A stretch of DNA of 64,000 nucleotides. Source: an uncultured Planctomycetota bacterium. Lineage in GTDB: Bacteria; Planctomycetota; Planctomycetia; Pirellulales; PNKZ01. Positions within the stretch are counted from its first letter, which is position 1. Every line of letters starts with the position of its first letter. The notes under the pieces were generated by a model that was not told where the DNA came from, did no database searches, and saw only the letters and a program-made list of their open reading frames with translations. This document shows, piece after piece, positions 48,177-56,382 of the stretch. Both the position numbers and the translations under genes were made by a program. The stretch is taken from assembly GCA_963708675.1 (NCBI GenBank), contig CAVPTO010000003.1:1540719-1604718 (forward strand). Reading direction: 5' to 3'.

Positions 48177-48983
48177 ATGCTTCTCGTCGTGTTTACGGTG
48201 ATGCTGACAGCATTGCCGAGTTGTGAATGCGATTCGCTAAAAACTCAAATCGCTTGGGTTCACGCTACAAAGACGCCTCGAGAGTTATCCGAACGGACGA
48301 GCGCGTTATATGAAACCGCAAGTCCAAGTCGGCTGCGAGCTCTTGAAGCGGCGAAGGAAACCGACATCGCCTTGTCGGCATCGTGGGAATCGGTGCGACG
48401 AATTTCGATCCTCGCCGGCGGCAATGAGCAGGAGGCCTTCAACGCGAAAGCGATCTCTTCCTTTCTAAGCATCGTGGAACGTCGCACCGGTACTCCCTTG
48501 CCGCTGTTCTGGCGATCCGTCTTGAAAACGGCTCGCTTCAATAATCGAAGGATGACGCATTTTGCGGAGCCGAGTGACTACGAGCTTTTCGCTGCCATTG
48601 CCGATTCCGTTCGTGACTCACCACGCCAAGAAACTTGGCGCAAAGCGTTCTCTTCAACACCGATGGGCGGAAAACTCGCCATGACGACCGCCAGTGGCGT
48701 TGTCTACATCTCGCTTTACCAAGACCGGCCGCACAAGCACCCACTTTATGCTGTTGATGAAGCAACGGGGCGACTCCTTTGGGAGTCGACGGTGTGGTCA
48801 GAGTGGGTTGGGGTTAGCCATTCGGGGCCAACATGGACATGCGAATTGCTAACCGTCCGGCCGTCAGATGAGTTGACCGTGTTCGGGATCTCGGGTTCGT
48901 TGTTCTTTGTCGAGTCGTTTGACGCCAGAACCGGGGTCAATCTGGGGCGATTCTGCACGGCCTTCGTTGAGTACAACCTCTAA
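48177..48983 (+). CDS. cassette ORF: putative lipoprotein/secreted hypothetical protein
   Basis: MLLVVFTVMLTALPSC-ECDS... is a signal plus a Cys. The part of ORF 47991..48983 that reads through the IS end is discarded. Confidence 0.55.
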   Translation: MLLVVFTVMLTALPSCECDSLKTQIAWVHATKTPRELSERTSALYETASPSRLRALEAAKETDIALSASWESVRRISILAGGNEQEAFNAKAISSFLSIVERRTGTPLPLFWRSVLKTARFNNRRMTHFAEPSDYELFAAIADSVRDSPRQETWRKAFSSTPMGGKLAMTTASGVVYISLYQDRPHKHPLYAVDEATGRLLWESTVWSEWVGVSHSGPTWTCELLTVRPSDELTVFGISGSLFFVESFDARTGVNLGRFCTAFVEYNL

Positions 48984-49039
48984 ACGTTTCCCGATTGTCT
49001 AGCGCACTGGCAATTCGGAGCGTTCATATCCTTTTGTCC

Positions 49040-49150
49040 GTCGCCGCGGTTAACCATAGGTTCTTGACGCGTTTGGCTCGCTCACTTCGGATGCGTTAGA
49101 ATGACCTCCAATCCCTAACGACGGTCAGCGGGCAACCGAGCTCAGGCGAC
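49040..49150 (+). repeat. array repeat copy 6 (outer stem GTCGCC/GGCGAC), immediately upstream of tRNA-Leu
   Basis: GGTTCTTGACGCGTTTGGCTCGCTCACTTCGGATGCGTTAGAATGACC...GGTCAGCGGGCAACCGAGC aligns with copies 1-5. The inner stem CGGTT/AACCG covaries. Confidence 0.8.
49073..49102 (+). promoter_or_regulatory. sigma-70-like promoter candidate for tRNA-Leu (inside repeat copy 6)
   Basis: TTGGCT, 18 nt, TAGAAT, about 104 nt upstream of the mature tRNA 5' end. Confidence 0.4.
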
Positions 49151-49205
49151 ATCATGCTTCGCGGACGGACTAGAATTGTCGAAAACTGTTACTGGGTAAG
49201 CACAA

Positions 49206-49287
<82 letters not shown>

Positions 49288-49334
49288 TTCTCTTTCATGG
49301 CGTCGGCCGGATTCGCAAACTCGTCGAGGAAACT

Positions 49335-49898
49335 GTGAAAGTCATCCAAACGGCCTTCCTCGTCCTAATCTGCCTGTGCTCGTCAGACGTGGGCAGAGCT
49401 GCCCAGCGCAATTACGACGAGGTACAACGCGAACTCGAATACGCCCGAGCGGTGCTGGCGAAAACCACCATTGATTTGTCCAAAGCCATTGTGATTGCGC
49501 AGGAGAAAGTGCCAACGGGCAAACCGATCTACGCCATCACCGAAAAGGGGCATGGCAAGCTCATGTATGAAGTGTTCTTTCTCGTCGGTGATTTGGTGAC
49601 TGAAGTCAAAGTCGACGCGATCACGAGCGAAATCGTGAAGATCGAAAAAGACGAAGGCGACGACATCGATCACCTGTCAGATGCAAAGAAAGGGCTAGGC
49701 CTCTCGAAGATCAGCTTCACTGAGGCGATTGCAACAGCGCTTGACAAGGTTGAAGGCGGAAAGCCGTTCAAAGTTGAGTTTGAAGCGAAAGACGGCACGA
49801 TCGCCATCGAGGTCGAACTCGTCGCCGGCGACAAAACCGTGATGGTTGAGATTGACCCGGCAACTGGCACGGTGTCGATGGTCGAAGAGAAGGACTAA
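49335..49898 (+). CDS. secreted PepSY-domain protein (two PepSY-like repeats)
   Basis: GTG 49335 follows a GAGGA Shine-Dalgarno. VKVIQTAFLVLICLCSS is a signal peptide. ...DLSKAIVIAQEKVPTGKPIYAITEK... and ...ISFTEAIATALDKVEGGKPFKVEFE.... Confidence 0.65.
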   Translation: MKVIQTAFLVLICLCSSDVGRAAQRNYDEVQRELEYARAVLAKTTIDLSKAIVIAQEKVPTGKPIYAITEKGHGKLMYEVFFLVGDLVTEVKVDAITSEIVKIEKDEGDDIDHLSDAKKGLGLSKISFTEAIATALDKVEGGKPFKVEFEAKDGTIAIEVELVAGDKTVMVEIDPATGTVSMVEEKD

Positions 49899-49922
49899 AT
49901 TCGACAAGGCTGCAGCTCGCGG

Positions 49923-50411
49923 CTACTTGCCTTCGGCGACGCGCTGAATGCGTAACGCGGCTTTTGCGACTTCGGTGCGCATCATGAAGCGAAGGCCGGA
50001 GGAGTCGAGGTCGTCGTAGTGGACCTTGACGCGAACGAGCATCACGGTGTTTTTGTCGTTCGTCGGTTCGGGATAAATCTCGACGTGGGTTTCCCACAGC
50101 TTGAGCGGACCGTCGCCGTCGAGCAGCGCCCCTTCGAAGGTGATGAGGCCGTCGGAGTCTTGCCCGCGCTGGCGCTTGATGCGGTAGTTGTAGCCGTCGA
50201 TCTCGATCGCAAAAACCTCCGCACGTGGCTCGTTGTCGACGACGACGCCCGTCGATTCGATGACCTTGAGAAAGTGCTGCTCGAAGGTCTCGGCCACTTT
50301 CGCCAGTGGGGCGTCGATTGTCTTGCTTTGTTCAACGACGCACGAACCGGCGAAGACCTGCGGCGCAAGAAGCAGCATCGCCGTGACGACGCAAGCGGGG
50401 ACTTTGATCAT
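49923..50411 (-). CDS. secreted hypothetical protein
   Basis: MIKVPACVVTAMLLLAPQVFAGS is a signal peptide. Balanced composition, no family recognised. Confidence 0.55.
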   Translation of the reverse strand: MIKVPACVVTAMLLLAPQVFAGSCVVEQSKTIDAPLAKVAETFEQHFLKVIESTGVVVDNEPRAEVFAIEIDGYNYRIKRQRGQDSDGLITFEGALLDGDGPLKLWETHVEIYPEPTNDKNTVMLVRVKVHYDDLDSSGLRFMMRTEVAKAALRIQRVAEGK

Positions 50412-50809
50412 GAGGGGCTCGCTCGTCGGTATTTGCGGTTGTCGTTTCGATGCCGATGAGCTTCATTAGACCGTTTGCTATGTGCCTCCGCCTTCGAATT
50501 CGCCGTCGGTATTTTCGGATGTGATCAACGGCGCACCGGCACAACCCGCACATTCCGCACGACCGTTACACAGAGGGGCGAGAACTTTGGTCGACGAAGG
50601 GGATTTACTCGAAACCGCGCCGATCGATTCAAGTTCACCGCGAAGAGTGAGCGACCGTTTCGGGGCTGAATTTGAGGGCTAATGGCCTCATAAATGGAAT
50701 CTTGCGTATCGTTGGCACGCGGCTTGCCTTTTCAAATCCAGGATTCAGACTTGCTCACAAGCGTCGCGTTGACGCCTGCGGTGAGTTTGACAAAGAGTGA
50801 GGCAAAGTT

Positions 50810-51001
50810 ATGCGTCGTTTTGTCCCGTTGCTTGTCATCCTTGGCCTGGTGATTTCGAGTGTTGGCAGTGCTGAAGCTGCTTGGACGGTTGCCATCCCCG
50901 GCAGCCCGAAGGCCCAGCAGATCCGCTCGATGGACATCCACAGCCGACCGAATCGTCCGCTGCACGTCTACGGAAACGCGGTTCGCGCACGCAGCCGATA
51001 A
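50810..51001 (+). CDS. small secreted hypothetical protein
   Basis: MRRFVPLLVILGLVISSVGSAEA is a signal peptide. 63 aa. Confidence 0.4.
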   Translation: MRRFVPLLVILGLVISSVGSAEAAWTVAIPGSPKAQQIRSMDIHSRPNRPLHVYGNAVRARSR

Positions 51002-51156
51002 GCGATTTTTCCCCTTCTCCCTCTGGGAGAAGGTGGTCCGCCGAAGGCGGATCGGATGAGGGCGGGCCGAGCTGTGAACGGGGCGAATCGCGGTGCAACC
51101 CGCCCTCACCCGGCGGCTGCGCCGCCACCCTCTCCCGAAGGGAGAGGAGTTAGCGG
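50988..51156 (+). repeat. multi-hairpin intergenic repeat, copy A
   Basis: Five stems: CCTTCTCCC/GGGAGAAGG, TCCGCC/GGCGGA, TGAGGGCGGG/CCCGCCCTCA, GGCGGC/GCCGCC, CCCTCTCCC/GGGAGAGG. Flanked by a 15-bp direct repeat, GCACGCAGCCGATAA (50987-51001 and 51157-51171). Confidence 0.85.
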
Positions 51157-51229
51157 GCACGCAGCCGATAAACCCGCCCTTCGATCATGGTCCTTGCGGA
51201 TCGAGCGACGCGTCGGCTGTAATGCAACG

Positions 51230-52252
51230 GTGACCAATACCGTGCATGCCGCCGTGCTAGTCGTTGACGCTCAGCATCCGCAGGCCGAGGTCATCGCGCG
51301 AGCCGCCGAGGTTTTACGCTCGGGCAAGCTCGTCGCGTTTCCGACCGAGACGGTTTACGGCCTCGGAGCCCATGCGCTCGATCGCGCCGCGGTCGCGCGC
51401 ATCTTCGAGGCCAAAGGCCGTCCCGCGACCAATCCGCTGATCGTGCATGTTTCAGATGCCGCGGCGGCGCGCGAGCTGGTCACGCAATGGCCCGAGGCGG
51501 CCGAACGATTGACGCGGGAGTTTTGGCCAGGTCCGCTCACGATTGTGCTGCCGAAGCGCGCAATCGTTCCCGACATCGCGACGGCAGGGGGTTCGACCGT
51601 TGCGATTCGTTCCCCCGCGCATCCGGTGGCGAGAGCGCTCATCATCGCTGCCGGGTTTCCGATCGCGGCGCCCAGCGCCAACACCTCGAACCGAGTTTCG
51701 TCCACGACGGCCGAGCATGTGCGAAAGATGCTGGGCGACCGCATCGAGATGATCCTCGACGGAGGTCCGTGCTCGGGCGGACTTGAATCGACGGTGATCG
51801 ACTTGTCGGGCGAACAACCAACGCTGCTACGGCCGGGACTGATCGATGTCGCCGCGTTGGAGGCCGTCTTAGGAACCAAGGTCGCTCTGCCCGATCGAGG
51901 TGCGACGGATTCCGTGCTGCGATCGCCAGGCATGTTGGAGCGGCATTACGCTCCGACGGTGCCGCTCGAATGCGTCGATGCCGGAAGCAATCTTCGGCGT
52001 ATCGGCAGTTTAGCCGAGACTTGTATAGGCACGCTCACGTTCGGGCCGCGTGGCGACCTTCCGCCGGGGCCGACGATCGCGATGCCGACAGACGTGACGG
52101 GCTACAGCGCGCTGCTGTACGACGCCTTGCATCGCATGGAACAATCCGATGTCTCGCGGATCATTGTCTCTCGGATCATCGTGGAATTGCCGCCGGATGA
52201 GCCGGCATGGCAAGCGGTGCGCGATCGATTGCGACGCGCTAGTTGGCGCTAG
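51230..52252 (+). CDS. L-threonylcarbamoyladenylate synthase (Sua5 type, with the Sua5 C-terminal domain)
   Basis: ...AEVLRSGKLVAFPTETVYGLGAHALDRAAVARIFEAKGRPATNPLIVHV...WPGPLTIVL.... Start is inferred at GTG 51230, because the upstream part of ORF 51056.. reads through the repeat element. Confidence 0.8.
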   Translation: MTNTVHAAVLVVDAQHPQAEVIARAAEVLRSGKLVAFPTETVYGLGAHALDRAAVARIFEAKGRPATNPLIVHVSDAAAARELVTQWPEAAERLTREFWPGPLTIVLPKRAIVPDIATAGGSTVAIRSPAHPVARALIIAAGFPIAAPSANTSNRVSSTTAEHVRKMLGDRIEMILDGGPCSGGLESTVIDLSGEQPTLLRPGLIDVAALEAVLGTKVALPDRGATDSVLRSPGMLERHYAPTVPLECVDAGSNLRRIGSLAETCIGTLTFGPRGDLPPGPTIAMPTDVTGYSALLYDALHRMEQSDVSRIIVSRIIVELPPDEPAWQAVRDRLRRASWR

Positions 52253-52718
52253 CCGGGCGCGGCGTGTTGGTGTCGGCCGCCGCGAGAATGCGATCGGCGA
52301 ACCAGCAATTCTTCAACTCACGCACCGCGGCGACGAACTTGTCGATGTTGACCGGCTTCGTCATATAGTGCTCGACCTGCAGCGATTGGCTGCGCGAGCG
52401 GAGCAACTCGTCGGGGCTGGCCGTGAGAATCACAACGGGAATCTCGCGCAGGTCGAAATGCCCACGCAACTCGGCAAGCAGATCGAGGCCGTTCTTCTTC
52501 GGCAGATGCAGGTCGAGCAAGATGAGGTCCGGCCGCGGGGCGCTGGCGAACTTCCCTTTGCGGAACAGAAACTCGTGGGCTTCCTCGCCGTCACGCATCA
52601 GCGTCAGGCGATGTTTCACCTGTGCGTGTCGCAGGGCGCCCATCGTGGCACTGGCATCGACGAGGCTATCCTCGACGAGCAGAATCTCCATCATCCGCCC
52701 AAACATCTCGCGAGCCAT
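52239..52718 (-). CDS. single-domain response regulator (receiver)
   Basis: MEILLVEDSLVDASATMGAL...PDLILLDLHLPKKNGLDLLAELR...PVVILTAS...KP. Confidence 0.8.
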   Translation of the reverse strand: MAREMFGRMMEILLVEDSLVDASATMGALRHAQVKHRLTLMRDGEEAHEFLFRKGKFASAPRPDLILLDLHLPKKNGLDLLAELRGHFDLREIPVVILTASPDELLRSRSQSLQVEHYMTKPVNIDKFVAAVRELKNCWFADRILAAADTNTPRPASAN

Positions 52719-52863
52719 CGATCCGATCCTCGGCATTGCGATCTTCGGCGTTCTACTTTCCACGTTTCCACGCTCACCGCATCACCTCGTTTCATTATTC
52801 CCTGCCGTGACGCAAAATGTACAGCGCGATCTGTGTCGCACCCCCTCATAACTACGGACCGAA

Positions 52864-53727
52864 TTGCCCGTGCAAACCGTACATCACGTCCGCGACGCCA
52901 TGGCGACACGGTTCGAGGTGTGGCTCGTGGGCGATGACGGCGAACATCTCGACGCGGTCGCTACTGCTGCCCTTGATGAGGTTTCGCGTCTCGAGCAGTT
53001 GCTATCACGCTTCGACGCGCGGAGCGAAATCTCGCGGATCAATCGCAACGCCCATCGCGAGGCGGTGCTTGTCGATTATGAAGTGTTAGGAATCTTGCAG
53101 TCGTGCCTCGAATGGTCGAAGGCCACGGGTGGACACTTCGATATCGCCGCTCGGCCCGGTGTTTTGAGCAACATGAACGACGTCTCGCTTGATGCGGCGA
53201 GTCGCACGATACGACTGTTACGACCTGACGTGCGGCTCGACCTCGGCGGTTATGGCAAGGGTTACGCGCTCGATTGCACGGCCGACGTGTTGCGAGCGAA
53301 TGGTGTCACCCGAGCGCTGTTGCACGGCGGGACGAGTTCGGTTCTCGCGCTCGGTAGCGACGCGGACGGCCAACCGTGGACAGTTGGGTTACGCGGCCCC
53401 GCAGGTGGCGAGGCTGCCGGCGTCGTGCTGGAACAAGTGACGCTGGTCGATCGGGCGATATCGACGTCATCGGTGTTTGCCGCGGTGGGACAGGCGTCGG
53501 ATATCGTCGATCCCCACAGTGGAAATCGCCTCACCGACCCCGCCAGTTGCACCGTCATCGCGCTTTCGGCGGCGACGGCAGAAGTGCTGAGCACCGCCTT
53601 GCTCAGCATGGGCAGGCAGCGCGCGGCGACTTATACTGAAAGCTCCCACCTCGCGGAGCTGTCGGTCGCTTGGATCGACGCCGGCGGCGATGACAATGGT
53701 CCCCGACTCACGTGGTTCAGGCGGTGA
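52864..53727 (+). CDS. apbE: FAD:protein FMN transferase (ApbE family)
   Basis: AMATRFEVWL...SEISRINR...GHFDI...LDLGGYGKGYALD...HGGTSSVLALG...IVDPHSG. Confidence 0.8.
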   Translation: MPVQTVHHVRDAMATRFEVWLVGDDGEHLDAVATAALDEVSRLEQLLSRFDARSEISRINRNAHREAVLVDYEVLGILQSCLEWSKATGGHFDIAARPGVLSNMNDVSLDAASRTIRLLRPDVRLDLGGYGKGYALDCTADVLRANGVTRALLHGGTSSVLALGSDADGQPWTVGLRGPAGGEAAGVVLEQVTLVDRAISTSSVFAAVGQASDIVDPHSGNRLTDPASCTVIALSAATAEVLSTALLSMGRQRAATYTESSHLAELSVAWIDAGGDDNGPRLTWFRR

Positions 53728-53731
53728 TGCG

Positions 53732-55090
53732 ATGTCGAAGCAGCACATAGCGCAGACGCTGACAGCGCAGAAGCTCAACTGGACACGATCGACACGACGC
53801 GACTTTTTGGGCGTCGCCGCCGGGACAGCGATCTCGGCCACCGCTCAAGCGCTCGAAGCCGCCGATAAGCCGGAGCCCGTGACCGTCGCGGTGATTGGCA
53901 CCGGCGGGCGCGGCTCGGACCTGGTGCGAGCTTTGTCGACGATCACGAGCGCGCGAATTGTCGGCGTGTGCGACGATTATGCCCCGCATCTCGAACGCGG
54001 CGCGAAGTACGCGGGCCCCGAGGCGCAGACGTTCGACGACTATCACAAGATGATCGAGACGCTTCGCCCGCAGGCGATCGTCATCGCCGTGCCGCTGGTG
54101 TTGCACTCGAAGGTTGCCAACGACGCGCTCGACGCCGGCTGCGATGTGTTCTGCGAAAAGACGATGTGCTACAGCGTCGACGAAGCCCGCAAGCTCGTCG
54201 AGAAAGTCGAGAGCAGCGGTCGCGTCTTCCAGGTTGGCCTGCAACGACGCGCAAATCCGATCTACCAACAGGCCGCCGCGATGGTGCAGGCCGGCGTGCT
54301 TGGGCAGATCACCGCGATCAAAAGCCAGTGGCATCGCAACAACAACTGGCGACGCCCCGTTCCCGTGCCGCGCACCGATGCCGAGTGGGCCAAGCTGGAA
54401 CGTCGATTGAATTGGCGGCTTTATCGCGAAGCGTCGGGCGGGTTGATGACGGAACTGGGCAGCCATCAGATGGATGTCGCGAATTGGGTGCTCGGCAGCA
54501 CGCCAACGCGCGTGATGGCCAGCGGCGGAGTCGATTACTGGCGCGATGGCCGCGACGTGAAGGACAACGTCTTTTGCATTTACGAATACGAGTTGCCGCC
54601 GTCGAAGTTCGGCGCCGCGCCGAATCCTCAGAGCGCTGAGCCCGCCAGTCCGTACACGGTGCGCGTGACGTACTCATCGCTGTGCAACAACGCCTACGAA
54701 GGGGCGTCGGAACTCGTCATGGGGACGCGCGGGTCGCTGTTTCTGACGAGCGATAAGGGGCTGCTCTTCCGCGAAGGCGCCGCGGCCGACGTCGGCTGGG
54801 CGAAAAGCCGCTCGAGCACGAAGGAAATCGACGCCGACGCCGCGGTCATCACGTCGGGCAAGACGCTCAAGCTGTCGAACAGCCCTTGGGCTCATCGCGG
54901 CCAGCCGATCGAGATCGACAACATGGACGGCGACGACACACGCGACGAGCTTGTGTCGTTTGTCGATCACGTACGTCGCCGTGACACTCGCACCATTTGC
55001 GACGTGCACGAAGGCTTGCGCGACACCTGCACCGTGCTGATAGCGAACATCGCCATGGACCGCGGAACGACGGTCGATTGGCCGCTCTGA
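53732..55090 (+). CDS. Tat-signal Gfo/Idh/MocA family oxidoreductase
   Basis: ...STRRDFLGVAAGTAISATAQA is a Tat signal. VAVIGTGGRGSDLV is a Rossmann motif. ...DVFCEKTM.... Confidence 0.8.
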   Translation: MSKQHIAQTLTAQKLNWTRSTRRDFLGVAAGTAISATAQALEAADKPEPVTVAVIGTGGRGSDLVRALSTITSARIVGVCDDYAPHLERGAKYAGPEAQTFDDYHKMIETLRPQAIVIAVPLVLHSKVANDALDAGCDVFCEKTMCYSVDEARKLVEKVESSGRVFQVGLQRRANPIYQQAAAMVQAGVLGQITAIKSQWHRNNNWRRPVPVPRTDAEWAKLERRLNWRLYREASGGLMTELGSHQMDVANWVLGSTPTRVMASGGVDYWRDGRDVKDNVFCIYEYELPPSKFGAAPNPQSAEPASPYTVRVTYSSLCNNAYEGASELVMGTRGSLFLTSDKGLLFREGAAADVGWAKSRSSTKEIDADAAVITSGKTLKLSNSPWAHRGQPIEIDNMDGDDTRDELVSFVDHVRRRDTRTICDVHEGLRDTCTVLIANIAMDRGTTVDWPL

Positions 55091-55115
55091 GTTTTCAGTG
55101 GCCTATCGACCACCT

Positions 55116-55307
55116 CTAGTGCGGGTGCATCGAGGCACGCGAGCGCTGCTTCGCCGGACGCTCTTCGAGATTGTCGGACAGCCGACTGAGATATCCGGCA
55201 AGTCTGGAAAGGCCGACGACGAACGTGAACACGTGATAGTGTGACAAGCAGCGAATGCAGAAGATCGGCAGCACCAGCGGCGACGCAATCCAGTCGCCGG
55301 TCGACAT
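55116..55307 (-). CDS. small hypothetical membrane protein (weak call)
   Basis: MSTGDWIASPLVLPIFCIRCLSHYHVFTFVVGLSRLAGYL.... No family recognised, and there are competing ORFs on both strands. Confidence 0.25.
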   Translation of the reverse strand: MSTGDWIASPLVLPIFCIRCLSHYHVFTFVVGLSRLAGYLSRLSDNLEERPAKQRSRASMHPH

Positions 55308-55498
55308 GTCGTCCACGTGGGCTTCGCGAGAAAGGCAGTTGCAGCAACGCATGATTCAAAACCTTGAGTGGGTGGCTCACGAATTGCTCGCATATCGTGT
55401 GCCAACTTGTTTCTCTTCCGCGGCTTGCGTCTGCTAAAGTGGTCGTTTGACGCTTCATTCACCGTGCTTCAAGCACATCGTTTAACCGAGAACAACCC

Positions 55499-56218
55499 AT
55501 GGCTGAGATTTCGGGCACCACCGTGGTGGGGATTTTTGACAACACACACGCGGCCGCTGAGGCTGTTCGTGAACTTCGCGCGGCCGGCTTTGGCGAGGAC
55601 GGAATCGGCGTGGTCGCCCGTCAATCGGACAATTCCGACGACGACCCATCGCCCGAGGACCTCGAAATGCTCGCGGCCGAAGAAAACGTTGTGAAAGGTG
55701 TCTCGGCCGGCGCGATGACGGGCGCAGGCATCGGAACGCTGTGGGCCCTGGGCGCCGCGAGCGGATTCTTGCCCGTTGTCGGCCCCTTCGTGGCCGCGGG
55801 GATTCTCACGACTCTCGCCGCAGGCGCGGCCGGTGGAGCGCTCGCGGGCGGATTTATCGGAGCTTTGGTAGGCCTCGGAATTCCCGAGCACGATGCCGCG
55901 CGCTACGAAGAAGCCTTCCACGCCGGCCAGGTAATCGTCACCGTGAGCGCTCCGGATCGCCAACTCGAGGCCGTCGAGATTCTCAATCGTCACGGTGCGG
56001 TGAACGTCGGCCCACCATTGCCCGGCACACCGTCGACCGACTCCCACGGACGCACGCCGCACGTCGACCTGAGTCCCGAGCACCGGCTAGAGCGAGACGA
56101 TACACTCTCGGCGGGTGGGTTCACCTCGACGGGCGGCTTCGGCTCGCTGTCTCAGTCTCACGACTCGACAAAACATTTCCATCTTCCCGGCGAAGACCCA
56201 GAGCAATCGGCCGAGTAG
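55499..56218 (+). CDS. glycine-zipper membrane stress protein (general-stress-protein/DUF1269-like)
   Basis: TTVVGIFDNTHAAAEAVRELRAAGFGEDGIGVV..., then a Gly-zipper segment GAMTGAGIGTLWALGAASG...AAGGALAGGFIGALVGLGIPE, then ...YEEAFHAGQVIVTV. Confidence 0.6.
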   Translation: MAEISGTTVVGIFDNTHAAAEAVRELRAAGFGEDGIGVVARQSDNSDDDPSPEDLEMLAAEENVVKGVSAGAMTGAGIGTLWALGAASGFLPVVGPFVAAGILTTLAAGAAGGALAGGFIGALVGLGIPEHDAARYEEAFHAGQVIVTVSAPDRQLEAVEILNRHGAVNVGPPLPGTPSTDSHGRTPHVDLSPEHRLERDDTLSAGGFTSTGGFGSLSQSHDSTKHFHLPGEDPEQSAE

Positions 56219-56382
56219 CGACGTTCTGTCGCTTTGTTTGTCGCCCGGCCATTGAGGCGTCGGTCAGCATTTGACCACACTCACATTCGGTTGATCGCAC
56301 GTTGACCAAGTGGCATCGGCCACGAACGACGGGTACGATAACACGTCTCCCCGATCCTTCTCCCGCCCCAGGTCAGCATCCC

